Counted from the stretch's first letter, positions 1 through 12,432 are shown. The stretch: DNA of 64,000 nt from the human T2T-CHM13v2.0 reference genome, Homo sapiens (GCF_009914755.1 NC_060928.1); one strand, 5' to 3'. Notes: generated by a model not told the origin, from the sequence alone. Numbers and translations: made by a program.

Positions 1-143
1 TGCTAGATGGTAATAGGAATTTTGTGAAGAAAGCATTCATTCTTTAAAAAGAAGTTGGGAAACACTGGTGAAGTTAAATGTGAAATTTCTAACAACATTT
101 AAAATACAAATTTGCATTTTGAAGTTCTATGATGTTCTTTATG

Positions 144-312
144 TTGGATTGGTGCAAAAATTATTGCTGGTTTTGCTGTCACTTTTTTAAAATTATACTT
201 TAAGTTTTAGGGTACATGTGCACAACGTGCAGGTTAGTTACATATGTGTACATGTGCCATGTTGCCGTCACTTTTAATGGCAAAAACCGCAATTCCTTTT
301 GCACCAACTGAA
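144..312. mobile_element. MADE1 (Hsmar1-derived MITE), split by a short L1 insertion
   Basis: Two inverted arms: TTGGATTGGTGCAAAAATTATTGCTGGTTTTGC and ATGGCAAAAACCGCAATTCCTTTTGCACCAAC. They match the palindromic 80-bp MADE1 consensus. Confidence 0.88.
187..261 (-). mobile_element. Heavily 5'-truncated young L1PA (L1PA3/4-like) 3' terminus
   Basis: ATTATACTTTAAGTTTTAGGGTACATGTGCACAACGTGCAGGTTAGTTACATATG is the reverse complement of the L1PA 3' end. TSD TTGCTGTCACTTTT (173-186) / TTGCCGTCACTTTT (262-275). Confidence 0.9.
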
Positions 313-622
313 TACCTTTATTTGACTACTAAACATTTTAATTGGAACACCCATGAACATTTGTGGAATACTAGTGTTCTGGGAGACACAATTTTTAAAA
401 TGCTTAAGTGAAAGTCTTAGTTTTTGTGTTCTTCATCTTTTAAACTTTATAATTATTTTAAGTTACGAGAGCAATATGTAACTCAAATTAATGCCAGCAA
501 TACAAAAGAATTTTAAAAAGTTAAATTCTCTACCAAAGAATTTGAAGAAGTTAAATTCTTCCTTTTAATACCACATTCCTGAGTTAATCAATGCTAGAGA
601 TGAATGCCATTTTACACTTTCA

Positions 623-722
623 TTATATAAATATACAAAATGTATACATTATTATATATGTATAATGTATATATATGTATATAGTACATATAATATGTAA
701 CACATGTATTATACATATATAA
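623..722. repeat. (TA)n-rich low-complexity tract
   Basis: Degenerate TATA/TGTA/CATA repeats. Confidence 0.8.
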
Positions 723-787
723 CAGAAGTTCCTCGTCGCCTTTCTGAAATACACATTACTCTGCACCTTTAAAAATGTGTTTTAACA

Positions 788-927
788 TTTTTTTTTCAAG
801 AGATGAGGTCTTGGTGTGTGACTCAGGCTGGAGTGCAGTGGCACAATCATAACTCATTGCAACCTTTAACTCCTGGGCTCAAGTGATCCTCCTGCCTCAG
901 CCTCCTGAGTAGCTGGGACTACAGGCA
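788..927 (-). mobile_element. Alu right-arm fragment (AluJ/FRAM-like)
   Basis: Poly-T followed by GAGATGAGGTCTTG...CAGGCTGGAGTGCAGTGG...CTCCTGGGCTCAAGTGATCCTCCTGCCTCAGCC. Confidence 0.88.
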
Positions 928-949
928 TTATCTGGAAGGATTCTCAAAA

Positions 950-1088
950 AAGCTTGTTGGGCCCATCCTGAGAGTTTCTGATTCAGTAACACTAGACCTG
1001 GGCTGGGATCTAAAAATTTGTATTTCTAACACGTTGTTGGATGATGATGATGCTGCATAACTGGGACCACACTTGGAAAATCCCTAGC
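950..1088 (+). mobile_element. MER5A/B-like hAT-Charlie MITE fragment
   Basis: GGGCCCATCCTGAGAGTTTCTGATTCAGTA...TTTGTATTTCTAAC...GGGACCACACTTGGAAAA resembles MER5A. Confidence 0.7.
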
Positions 1089-1149
1089 TTAATGAATTAT
1101 TTATAAGAGGAACAGGTTTATAAAGGCAATGCAGGTGAAGAAATAGGAC

Positions 1150-2045
1150 TTTGCTGCCACTCTAGAAGACCTTTCCTGTGGCCCATTCCAATAAGAGTTC
1201 TCTTTCCCTTCCTAAGTAACCACTATCTTGACTTTTATAACAATCACTTCCTTGCATTATTTTGTGTTATCACTCAAGTGCGAATCCTTAGACACTGCAG
1301 ACTAACTTGTATGTTTTTCTCCTTCCATTTTTAAAGTGTCTGTTGAAAAGTCTTTGCCATTTAATCTGCAGACTTTCCATAACCTGGATCTTGTTGATTT
1401 CATATTCCTGGAGAAGTTTACAGTAATTTGTTCTCCATCTTTCCTTCAAATTGGCAGCTGGATCCAGAGCCTTTACCAGACTCATATCCAATAACTTTGG
1501 CAAGAGTGTAGGTGATTTTCAGCTTCTTTAGCAGGAGGTACATAATGTCTGGATTTTGCTCTGTTTTTAAATCAGTTTTCTTGAAGTATGATTCATATAT
1601 GATAAAATTTACTAATTTTAAATGTGATATTTGATGAGTTTTGATAAATACATATAGTGAAGAAACTGTCACAATAATGATATAGAACATTTCCATTACC
1701 CCCAAAAGTTCTCATATGTTTCTTTGTAGTCAATCTCCTCTTGAGCTCATCTACTATCTCCTGAAAACCACTGATTTCATTTTTATCACTATAGTTTTGC
1801 ATTTTCTAAAATTTCAGGTAAATGGATTCATATGATATATGGTCTTTTGTGTCTGGCTTCTTTCACGTTGCATACTGCTTTTGAGATTCACCTCTGTTTC
1901 TATGTGGATTGGTAGTTTCTTCCTTTTTTTATTCCTGAGTGGTATTTCATCATGTAGACTTAGAACAATTTGTTAATCCATTCACCAGTTGATGCACATT
2001 TGGGTTGTTTCCAGTATTTTGCTATTATGAATAAAGCTGAATGTG
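1150..2045 (-). mobile_element. Old L1M (L1MB/MC/ME) 3'-end fragments
   Basis: Typical antisense L1M 3' motifs: TATAGAACATTTCCATTACCCCCAAAAGTTC, TCTTTTGTGTCTGGCTTCTTTCAC, CATTTGGGTTGTTTCCAGTATTTTGCTATTATGAATAAAGCTG. Confidence 0.75.
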
Positions 2046-2489
2046 TCTGGCTTTTGGATAAATTCACTGAAACAGGAACCCAATACATATTACTCCTTTC
2101 CTCCTACCATGGATTTCCCACCAGAATCTATCAGCCTCTGTTCACTCAGCAGTGCTTTAAAGTAGCTACTTTTTGTATTATATTCAGAATTTATAGTTGT
2201 TTCCTAGTCTATGAGGAACTTAGTTTCCCATTGCCTGAAGCACTTGTTCCCCATATAGTGATGTTATATTATTTTATTTTATTATTTTATTTATTTCACT
2301 TTATATTATTTCATAAGGAGACAACTCCCACATCTACTGTTCAATTACCCATAGGTACAGTTCATATAGGAAAGGCAGGATAAATGCTTCATTCTTTTCT
2401 TCTTACTTAGTTTTCAAGAAAATGATTTGGTGTCTAGTCATTTTTAGAAGGTGACCAATTAATGTTCTTAAAAAATGTAATTCTGATCA

Positions 2490-3155
2490 ATAATTAACTA
2501 CTTTCCAAAGCAGAGAGCAAAAAACTCAACTGGGTTCACTGGTGAGTTAGTTCTACCTAACATTAAGAAAGCATTTATATCAATTCTTTATAATCTCTTC
2601 CAGAAGATGGAAACAGAGGGAATATTTCCTAACTAATTCCATGAGCCAGCATCACCATGATAATAAAACCATACAAAGACATTTCAAGAAAACTACAGAC
2701 CAATATCTCTTATGAACATAGATGCTAAAATTCCCCAAAAAACATTAGTAAGTAAAATTCAGCAACATATAAAAAGAATTATATACTACAACCTAGTGGG
2801 ATTTATCCCAGGTATATAAGGCTGGTTCAGCATTCAAAAAAGAATATAATCCATCACATTAACAGGCTAAAGAAGAAAAAGCACATGATTATATCATATC
2901 GATAGATGCAGAGACAGCATTTGACAAAATCCAACACCTATTTGTGATAGAAACTCTCAGGAAATTAGGAAGAGAGTGGAATTCCCTCAATTTGGTAATG
3001 AACATCTACAGAAAAACCCTACAGTGAATATTATACTTAGTGGTGAGAAACTAGACAGTTTCCTCTAAGGTCAGGAATAAGGCAAAGGTGTTCCCTTCTA
3101 GTGCTCCTTTTCAACATCATACTGGAAGCCCTAGCTAATGCAGTAAGAAAGCAAG
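2490..3155 (+). mobile_element. L1M ORF2 (RT region) fragment
   Basis: AACTACAGACCAATATCTCTTATGAACATAGATGC ([10 protein letters not shown]), GCATTTGACAAAATCCAACAC (AFDKIQH), TTCAACATCATACTGGAAG; degraded. Confidence 0.85.
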
Positions 3156-3159
3156 AATA

Positions 3160-4140
3160 TAATTGTAAAATCATGGATTCAATCATGCTGTATTTGTTGA
3201 GTTTTAACATGCTGTAATTATTGTTCTTATTGAGGTTCAAAATTTTCATTTTTGTATTGCGAATTCTCTTGAAGCTTGCTTCTGAGTCTTGTTTTGTTTT
3301 TGTTTTTTAAAATATTGCCCTAAGAGTTTTTAATAGGTTCCATGACATCAGGTATGTCAAGGTATTTCATACTCATTTTGTTCATTTCCTCTTTCTCAGA
3401 CAAGAATCAGTCATTGTCTCCAGGAAACACCCCTTCCATCTTCATTGGGAAATAGTATTTCAAGTCCACAATCAGGTCTCTATGGATCTTCATTGCTATT
3501 GGATTTATCATTCTTTCTAGGCATTTTCTGTGTATAGAATTAGGATATAAACACACTTTATAAAGTACCTCATGTGTTCTTACTGATATATCCAGTTGAA
3601 GTTTAGAACTACTGGATTTTTACTTAACCTAGTCTTTATTACACTGCTGTGTCCTTTTTACATTCTAAGAATTCTTCAAAGGTATAGGAAATGTTACAAT
3701 TAAAATATTTCAGGCCAGGCACAGTGGCTCATGCCTGTGAGAGGCTGAGGTGGGTGGATCACTTAAGGTCAGTTGTTCGAGACCAGCCTGGCCAACGTGG
3801 TGAAACCCCGTATCTACTAAAAATACAAAAATTAGCCAGGCAAGGTGGCATGTGCCTGTAATCCCAGGCACTCAGGAGACTGAGGCAGAAGAATTGCTTG
3901 AACCTGGGAGGCAAAGGTTGCTGTGAGCAGAGATGGGGCCACTACACTCCAGCCTGGGCGACAGAGCAAGACTCCATCTCAAAGAAAAAATTCGTACTCA
4001 TTAGTTTTATTCCACATTATAACAGTACCATAACAATACTATCACTAATTATAATTACAGAAAACAGCCAAAACATTTTAATATGCTACCCTAATCTATC
4101 CCTTTTAATGGTTTTAATATATCTACCTGTGAGATTGTAT
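3160..4140 (-). mobile_element. Old L1MC/HAL1-type fragment (outer element of the nest, part 1)
   Basis: GAATCAGTCATTGTCTCCAGGAAAC...TTGGGAAATAGTATTTCAAG resembles the L1MC4/HAL1 3' region; contains an Alu. Confidence 0.5.
3713..3990 (+). mobile_element. AluS (small deletion in left arm)
   Basis: GGCCAGGCACAGTGGCTCATGCCTGT..., dimeric structure with A5TACA6 linker and short A tail. Confidence 0.95.
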
Positions 4141-4389
4141 AATCTCTTTGTTTTTTATTTTTATTTTATTATTTCTTATTATACTTTAAGTTCTGGGATA
4201 CATGTGCAGAATGTGCAGGTTTGTTACATAGGTATACAAGGTATACAAGGTGACTGGTATAAGACAAATCTCATTGTGGTTTTGATTTGCATTTCCTAAT
4301 GACCACTGTTGATGAGCTTTTCTTCAAATGTTTGTTGGCCCCATAAATTTCTTCTTTTGAGAAGTGTCTGTTCATATCCTTTGCCCACT

Positions 4390-5814
4390 TTATGATGGGG
4401 TTGTTTTTTTCTTGTAAATTTGTTTAAGTTCTTTGTAGGTTCTGGATGTTAGCCATTTGTGAGATGGATAGACTAAAACATTTTTCTCCCATTCTGTAGG
4501 TTGCCTGTTCACTCTGATAATAGTTTCATTTGCTCTGCAGAAGCACTTTAGTTTCATTAGATCCCATTTGTCAATATTGGCTTTTGTTGCCATTGCTTTT
4601 GGTGTTTTAGTCATGAAGTCTTTGCCTATGCCTATGTCCTGAATGGTATTGCCTAGGTTTTCTTCTAGGGTTTTAATGGTTTTAGATTTTACTTTTAAGT
4701 CTTTAATCCATGTTGAGTTAATTTTTGTGTAAGGTGTAAGGAAGGGGTCCAGTTTCAGTTTTCTGCATATGGCTAGCCACTTTTTCCAATACAATTTATT
4801 AAATAGGGAATCCTTTCCCCATTGCTTGTTTTTGTCAGGTTTGTCAAAGGTCAGATGGCTGTAGATGTGTGGTGTAATTTCTGAGGACTCTGTTCTGTTC
4901 CATTGGTCTATATATCTGTTTTGGTACCAGTACCATGCTGTTTTGGTTACTGTAGCCTTGTAACATAGTTTGAAGTCAGGTAGCATGATGCCTCCAGCTT
5001 TGTTCATTTTGCTTAGGATTGTCTTGGCTATGCGGGATCTTTTTTGGTTCCATATGAAATTTAAAGTGGTTTTTTCTAATACTGTGAAGAAAGTCAATGG
5101 TAGCTTGATGGGGATAGCATAGAATCTGTAAATTACTTTGGGCAGTATGACCATTTTCATGATATTGATTCTTCCTATCCATGAGCATAGAATGTTTTTC
5201 CATTTGTTTGTGTCCTCTCTCATTTTCTTGAGCAGTGGTTTGTAGTTCTCCTTGGGGAGGTCCTTCACATCCCTTCTAAGTTGTGTTCCTAGGTATTTTA
5301 TTGTCTTTGTAGCAATTGTGAATGGGAATTCACTCATGATTTGGCTCTCTGTTTGTCTGTTATTGGTGCATAGGAATGCTTGTGATTTTTGCACATTGCT
5401 TCTGTATCCTGAGACTTTGCTGAAGTTGCTTAACAGCTTAAGAAGTTTTGGGGCTGAGACGATGGGGTTTTCTAGATATACAATCATGTCATCTGCAATC
5501 AGAGACAATTTGACTTCCTCTCTTCCTATTTGAATACACTTTATTTTTTGCTCTTGCATCATTGCCCTGGCCAGAACTTCCAATACTATGTTGAATAGGA
5601 GTGGTGAGAGAGGGCATCCTTGTATTGTGCAAGTTTTCAAAGGGAATGATTCCAGCTTTTGCCCATTCAGTATGATATTGGCTATGGGTTTGTCATAAAT
5701 AGCTCTTATTATTTTGAGATACGTTCCATCAATACCTAGTTTATTGAGAGTTTTTAACATGAAGGGGTGTTGAATTTTATTGAAGGCCTCTTCTGCATCT
5801 GTTGAGATAATCAT
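4390..5814 (-). pseudogene. Largest open remnant (474 aa) of L1 ORF2p, RT plus C-terminal region
   Basis: [30 protein letters not shown] (FADD motif altered), [15 protein letters not shown]. Upstream EN/Z regions are frameshifted. Confidence 0.93.
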
Positions 5815-7712
5815 GTGGCTTTTGTCATTGGTTCTGTTTATGTGATGGATTATGTTTATTGATTTGCGTATGCTGAACCAGCCTGGAATCCCAGGGATGA
5901 AGCTAACTTGATCTTGGTGGATAAGTTATTCGATATGCCACTGGATTTGGTTTGCCAGTATTTTATTCATGATTTTTGCATCAGTGTTCATCAGGGATAT
6001 TGGCCTGAAATTTTCTTTTTTTGTTGTGTCTCTGCCAGGTTTTGGTATCAGGATGATGCTAGCCTTATAAAATGAGTTAGGGAGGATTCCCTCTTTTTCT
6101 ATTGTTTGGAATAGTTTCAGAAGGAATGGTACCAGCTCCTCTTTGTACTTATGGCAGAATTCGTCTGTGAATCCATCTGGTCCTGGGCTTTTTTTTTGGT
6201 TAGTAGGTTATGAATTACAGCCTCAATTTCAGAACTTGTTATTGGTCTATTCAGGAATTCGACTTCTTCCTGATTTAGACTTGGGAGGGTGTATGTGTGT
6301 AGGAATTTACCCATTTCTTCTATATTTTCTAGTTTATTTGCATAGAGGTGTTTATAGTATTCTCTGATGGTAGTTTGTATTTGTGTGGGATCAGTGGTGA
6401 TCTCTCCTTTATCATCTTTTATTGTGTCTATTTGATTCTTCTCTCTTTTCTTCTTTATTAGTCTGTCTAACAGTCTATCTATTTTGTTGATGTTTTCTAA
6501 AAACAAGCTCCTGGATTCATTGATTTTTTGAAGGGTTTTTCATGTCTGTATCTCCTTTAGTTCTGCTCTGATCTTACTTATTTCTTGTCTTCTGCTAGCT
6601 TTTGAATTTGTTTACTCTTGCTTCTCCAGTTCTTTTAATTGTGATGTTAGGGTGTCAATTTTAGATCTTTCCTGCTTTCTCTTGTGGGCATTTGGAACTA
6701 TAAATTTCCCTTTAAACATTGCTTTAGCTGTGTCCCAGAGATTCTGGTACATTGTGTCTTTGTTCTCATTGGTTTCAAAGAACTTATTTATTTCTGCCTT
6801 CATTTCGTTATTTACCCAGTAGTCATTCAGGAGCAGGTTGTTCAGTTTCCATGTAGTTGTGCGGTTTTGAGCAAGTTTCCTAATCCTGAGTTCTAATTTG
6901 ATTGCACTGTGGTCTGAGAGACTGTTTGTTATGAATTCCATTCTTTTGCATTTGCTAAGGGGTGTTTTACTTCCAATTATGTGGTCAGTTTTAGAATAAG
7001 TGCGATGTGGTGCCGAGAAGAATGTATATTCCGTTGATTTGGGGTGGAGAGTTCTGTGGATGTCTATTAGGTCCGCTTGGTCCAGAGCTGAGTTCAAGTC
7101 CTGAATATCCTTGCTAATTTTCTGTCTCATCGATCTGTCTAATATCCACAGTGGAGTGTTAAAGTCTTCTGCTATTATTGTGTGGGCATCTAAGTCTCTT
7201 TGTAGGTCTCTAAGAACTTGCTTTATGAATCTGGGTGGTCCTGTATTTGGTGCATATATATTTAGGATAGTTCTTCTTGTTGCATTGATCCCTTTAGAAG
7301 TATGTAATGCCCTTCTTTGTCTCTTTTGATCTTTGTTGGTTTAAAGTCTGTTTTATCAGAGACTAGGATCACAACCCCTGATTTTTTTTGCTTTCCATTT
7401 GCTTGGTAAATCTTCCTTCATCCCTTTATTGTGAGCCTATGTGTGTCTTGGCACGTGAGATGGGTCTCCTGAATACAGCACACCAATGGGTCTTGACTCT
7501 ATCCAGTTTGCCAGTGTGTGCCTTTTAATTGGGGCATTTAGCCCATTTACATTTAAGGTTAATATTGTTACGTGTGAATCTGGTCCTGTCATTATGATGC
7601 TAGGTGGTTATTTTGCCTATTTGTTGATGCAGTTTCTTCATAGCACCAATGATCTTTACAATTTGGTATGTTTTGGCAGTGGCTGGTACTGGTTGTTCCT
7701 TTCCATGTTCAG

Positions 7713-7842
7713 GTTTTTTCTTTTTTTTGTAAATTATTTTTTTTCTTCCTTGATGATTTAGAAGGACTATCTTCAAACCAGTACAAACATTTTATGCATA
7801 ATTCCTGGCCATATACTAACCAATTGAGTAATTTGTTGCACC
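7713..7842 (-). other. ~130-bp non-L1 insert with A-rich tail inside L1 ORF1 (candidate retroposed mRNA 3' fragment)
   Basis: Absent from the paralogous L1 (21490-21530). The minus strand ends in AATTTACAAAAAAAAGAAAAAAC. No TSD; about 20 bp of L1 is missing at the site. Confidence 0.7.
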
Positions 7843-10100
7843 GTAAAGGCAGGCCTGGTGATGACAAAATCTCTCAGCATTTGCTTGTCTGTAAAGGATT
7901 TTATTTCTACTTCACTTATGAAGCTTAGTTTGGCTGGATATGAAATTGTGTGTTGAAAATTCTTTCTTTAAGAATGTTGAATATTGGCCCCCACTCTTTT
8001 CTGGCTTGTAGGGTTTCTGCTGAGGGATCCTCTGTTAGTATGATGGGCTTCCCTTTGTGGGTAACCTGACCTTTCTCTCTGGCTTTCCTTAACATTTTTT
8101 CCTTCATTTCAACCTTGGTGAATCCGACGATTATGTCTTGGGGTTCCTCTTCTTGAGGAGTATCTTTGTGGTGTTCTCTGTATCTCCTGAATTTGAATGT
8201 TGGCCTGTTTTTCTAGGTTGGGGAAGTTCTCCAGGGCAATATCCTGAAAAGTGCTTTCCAGCTTGGTTCCATTCTCCCCATCACTTTCAGGTACACCAAT
8301 CAAACACAGATTTGGTCTTTTCACGTAGTCCCATATTTCTTGGACGATTTGTTCATTCCTTTTCATTCTTTTTTCTCTAATCTTGTCATCAAGCTTTATT
8401 TCATTAGGTTGGTTTTCAATCTCTGATATCCTTTCTTCCACTTGATCAATTTGGCTATTGATACTTGCGTATGCTTCACGAAGTTTTCACATTGTATTTT
8501 TCAGCTCTGTCAGGTCATTTATGTTCTTCTCTAAACTGGTTATCCTAGTTAGCAATTCTTCTACCTTTTTTCAAGGTTCTTAGCTTCCTTGCATTGGGTT
8601 AGATCATGCTCCTTTAGCTCAGAGGAGTTTGTTATTACCCACCTTCTGAAGCCTACTTCTGTCAGTTCGTCAAATTCATTCTCCGTCCAGTTTTATTCCC
8701 TTGCTGATGAGTTGTGATCCTTTGGAGGAGAAGAGGCGTTCTATTTTTTGGAATTTTCAGCCTTTTTGCGCTGGTTTTTCCTCATTTTCATGCATTTATG
8801 TACCTTTGGTCTTTGATGCTGGTGACCTTCGGATGGGGTTTCTGAGTGGATGTCCTTTTTGTTGATGTTGATGCTATTTCTTTCTGTTTGTTAGTTTTCC
8901 TTCTGAGAATCAGGCCCGTCTGCTGCAGCTCTGCTGGAATTTGCTGGAGGTCCACTCCATTCCCTATTTGCCTGGGTATCACCAGCAGAGGCTGCAGAAC
9001 AGCAAAGATTGCTGCCTGTTTCTTCCTCTGGAAGCTTCATACCAGCGGGACACCCACCAGATGCCAGCCGGAGCTCTCCTGTATGAGTGTCTCCCTGCTG
9101 AGAGGTGTCTCCCAGTCAGAAGGCACAGGGGTCAGGGACCCACTTGAGGAGTCAATCTGTCCTTTGGCAGAGCTCGAACGCTGTGCTGGGAGGTTCACTG
9201 CTCTCTTCATAGCCAGAAGGAAAGGACATTTAAGTCTGCTGAAGCTGTGCCTACAGCTGCCCCTTCCCCCAAGTGCTCTGTCCCAGGGAGATGAGAGTTT
9301 TATCTGTAAGCCCCTGACTGAGGCTACTGCCTTGTTTTCAGAGATGCCCTGCCCAGAGACGAGGAATCTAGAGAGGCAGTCTGGCTCCAGCGGCTTTGCT
9401 AAGCTGTGGTGGGCTCCGTCTAGTTCAAACTTCACTGTGGCTTTGTTTACACTGTGAGGGGAAAACGGCCTACTCAAGCCTCAGTAATGGTGGACCCCCC
9501 CTCCCTCCACCAATCTCAAGCATCCCAGGTCAACTTCAGACTGCTGTGCTGGCAGCGAGAATTTCAAGCCAGTGGATCTTAGCTTGCTGGGCTCTGTGGG
9601 GGTGGGTTCCGCTGAGCTAGACCACTGGACTCCCTGGCTTCAGCCCCCTTTCCAGGAGAGTGAATGGTTCTGTCTCGCTGGTGTTCCAGGCGCCACTGGG
9701 GTATGAAAAATAACTCCTGCAGCTAGTTTGGTGTCTATCCAAATGGCCACCAAGGTTTGTGCTTAAAACCCAGGGCCCTGGTGGCATGGGCACCCAAGGG
9801 AATATCCTGGTCTGTGGGTTGTGAAGATCATGGGAAAAGTGTAGTATCTGGGCTGGAGTGGACCATTCCTCATGGCACAGTCTCTCACGGCTTCCCTTGG
9901 CTATGGGACAGAGTTCCCCGATCCCTTGGGCTTCGCAGGTGAGGCGATGCCCCACCCTGCTTCAGCTTACCCTCCATGGGCTGCACCCAGTGTCTAACCA
10001 GTCCCGATGAGATGAGCCTGGTACCTCAGTTGGAAATGCAGAAATCACTTACCTTCTGCATTGATCTTACTGGGAGCTGCAGACCGGAGCTGTTCGTATT

Positions 10101-10111
10101 CAGCCATCTTG
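10101..10111 (-). promoter_or_regulatory. L1 5'-terminal YY1-type site of the internal sense promoter
   Basis: CAGCCATCTTG reads CAAGATGGCTG on the minus strand, at the canonical position near the L1 5' end. Confidence 0.6.
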
Positions 10112-10135
10112 CCAGCCACCCAATCTCTTTGTTTT

Positions 10136-10792
10136 AATTCTCATCTAGAATTAGTTTTATGTGAATTCATATATTTATTTCTTACCGACTGATACTTATT
10201 CAAATGCCTCTTTGGTCATTTGGGTTGCTTTAAGCTACCTTTTTCAGTAGATTTTTCAAGAAGGACTCATGGCAATGCCATTCCCTAAATTATAATAGTT
10301 CATGCTTTTTATTCTTTAAGACCTGTTTAGCTGGTTAGAAAATAGTTGTTTCACGTTTTCTTTCCTTGCATACATTCAATATATTTATGTTCCTCTGGCA
10401 TAAAGATATTATATCAAAAAGTCTGATGATAATATACTTTTATACCCTTTCTAAGTTATGTGTTATTTTATTTTAAGTACTTAAGAGTTTTTATTTTCCT
10501 TTATAGTCTAGCAATTTCACTAAAATAACTTGGTATTGGTCATTCTGAGTCAATTTTGTTAAGTACGCATTATGATCTTTCAATATTAGTTGTAAAAATT
10601 GTTTCTTATTATTTAGGAAAGTTTTAATAAATGTCTAGTTTTGTTACATGGTGATTTCCCTTCTTTGATTATCTATTTATTGGATTTTCTCTTACTATCT
10701 TTAATTATGTTACCCTCAAATCCTTTTATTTTTCATTTCTTTTTAAGAGGTTTGTTTTACTAGTTTTTATCACTTAATTTTTAAGACAATAT
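10136..10792 (-). mobile_element. HAL1/L1M ORF1-like fragment (outer element, part 2)
   Basis: AGTCTGATGATAAT..., TCTAGCAATTTCACTAAAATAACTTGGTATTGGTCATTCTG resembles antisense HAL1. It is contiguous with 3160-4140 and 25376-26360 once the TSD-bounded inserts are removed. Confidence 0.5.
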
Positions 10793-12432
10793 ATATTTTA
10801 AAATTTTTACTTTTTTTATTTCAATAGGTTTTTGGGGAACAGGTGGTATTTAGTTACATGAATAAGCTCTTTAGTGGTGATTTCTGAGATTTTGTTGCAC
10901 CCGTCACCAGAGCAGTGTACCCTGTACCCAATGTGTAGTCTTTTATCTCTAACCCCTCCCACCCTTTCTCCCAAGTTCCCATAGCCCATTGTATTATTCC
11001 TATGCCTTCGCATCCTCATAGCTTAGCTCCCACTTGCAAGTGAAAATATGCAATGCTTGGTTTTCCATTCCTGAATTACTTAACTTAGAATAATAGTCTC
11101 CAATTCCATCGAGGTTGCTGCAAATTCCAATATATTATTCCTTTTTATGGCTGAGTAGTACTCCATGGTATATATTTACAACATTTTCTTTATCAACTCA
11201 TTGATCGATGGGCATTTGGGCTGGTTCCATGTTTTTGCAATTGTGAATTGTGCTGCTATAAACATGCACCTGCAAGAATCTTTTTGGCATAATGACTTAT
11301 ACTTTCCTCTGTGTAGATACCCAGGAGTGGGATTGCTGGATCAAATGATAGATCTACTTTCAGTTCTTTAAGGAATCTCCATACTGTTTTCCATAGTGGT
11401 TGTACTAGTTTACATTTTCACCAACAGTGTAAAAGTGTTCCCTTTTCACACATCCATGCCAACATCTATTATTTTTTGATTTTTTTATTATGGCCATTAT
11501 TGCAGGAGTTAGGTGGTATCACATTGTGGTTTCGATTTGCATTTCCCTGATCATTACTGATGTTGAGCATTTTTTCATATGTTTGTTAGGCATTTGTATA
11601 TGTTCTTTTGATAATTGTCTATTTATGTCCTTAGCCCACTTTTTGATGAGGTTGTTTTTTTTTCTTACTGATTTGTTTGAGTTCCTTGTAGATTCTGGAT
11701 ATTGGTACTTAGTCAGATGTATAGATTGTGAAGATTTTCTCCCACTCTGTAGGTTGTCTGTTTACTCTGCTGATTACTTCTTTTACTGTGCAGAAGCTTT
11801 TTAGTTTAATTAAGTCCCATCTATTTATCTTTGCTTTTGTTGCATTTGCTTTTGGGTTCTTGGTCATGAAGTCTTTGCCTAAGTAAATGTCTAGAAGGGT
11901 TTTTCTGATGTTATCTTCTAGAATTTTTATGTTTTAATGTCTTAGGTTTAAGTCTTTGATCCATTTTGAGTTGATTTTTTATAAGGTGAGAAATGGGGAT
12001 ACAGTTTTATTCTTCTACATGTGGCTTGCCAATTATCCCAGCACCATTTGTTTTATAGGTTGTCCTTTCCCCACTTTATGTTTGTGTTTGCTTTTTTGAA
12101 GATCAGTTGGCTGTAAGTATTTGGCTTTATTTCTGGGTTCTCCATACTGTTCCATTGTTCTGCATGCCTGTTTTTATACCAGCACCATGCTGTTTTGGTG
12201 ACTATGGCCTTGTAGTATAGCTTGAAGTCAGGTAATGTGATGCCTCCAGATTTGTTATTTTTGCTTAATCTTGCTTTGGCTTTTTGGGCTCTTTTTTTGG
12301 TTCCATATGAATTTTAGGATTGTTTTTTCTACTTCTTTGAAGAATGATGGTGGTATTTTGATGGGAATTGCATTGAATTTGTAGATTGCTTTTAGCAGTA
12401 TGGTCATTTTCACAATATTGATTCTATCCTTC

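Larger units (their letters stand above)
4155..10121 (-). mobile_element. Near full-length L1PA7/8-type LINE-1 with internal 3' deletion
   Basis: 5'UTR ~8790-10121. ORF1 pieces at 7925-8441. ORF2 pieces at 4390-5814, 6117-6506 and 6612-7130. Poly-T tail at ~4155-4180. 14-bp TSD AATCTCTTTGTTTT at 4141-4154 and 10122-10135. Confidence 0.95.

Noticed and set aside
4390-5814. 474-aa reverse-transcriptase-like ORF as an active or domesticated gene or novel RT system
   Set aside because: It is an internal piece of L1 ORF2p with the FADD motif changed to IADD, upstream frameshifts and a deleted C-terminus. This is ordinary decay.
8846-9955. 203-aa, 146-aa and 112-aa ORFs as host genes
   Set aside because: They lie wholly within the GC-richer L1 5'UTR, where stop codons are scarce. 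No recognisable domain.
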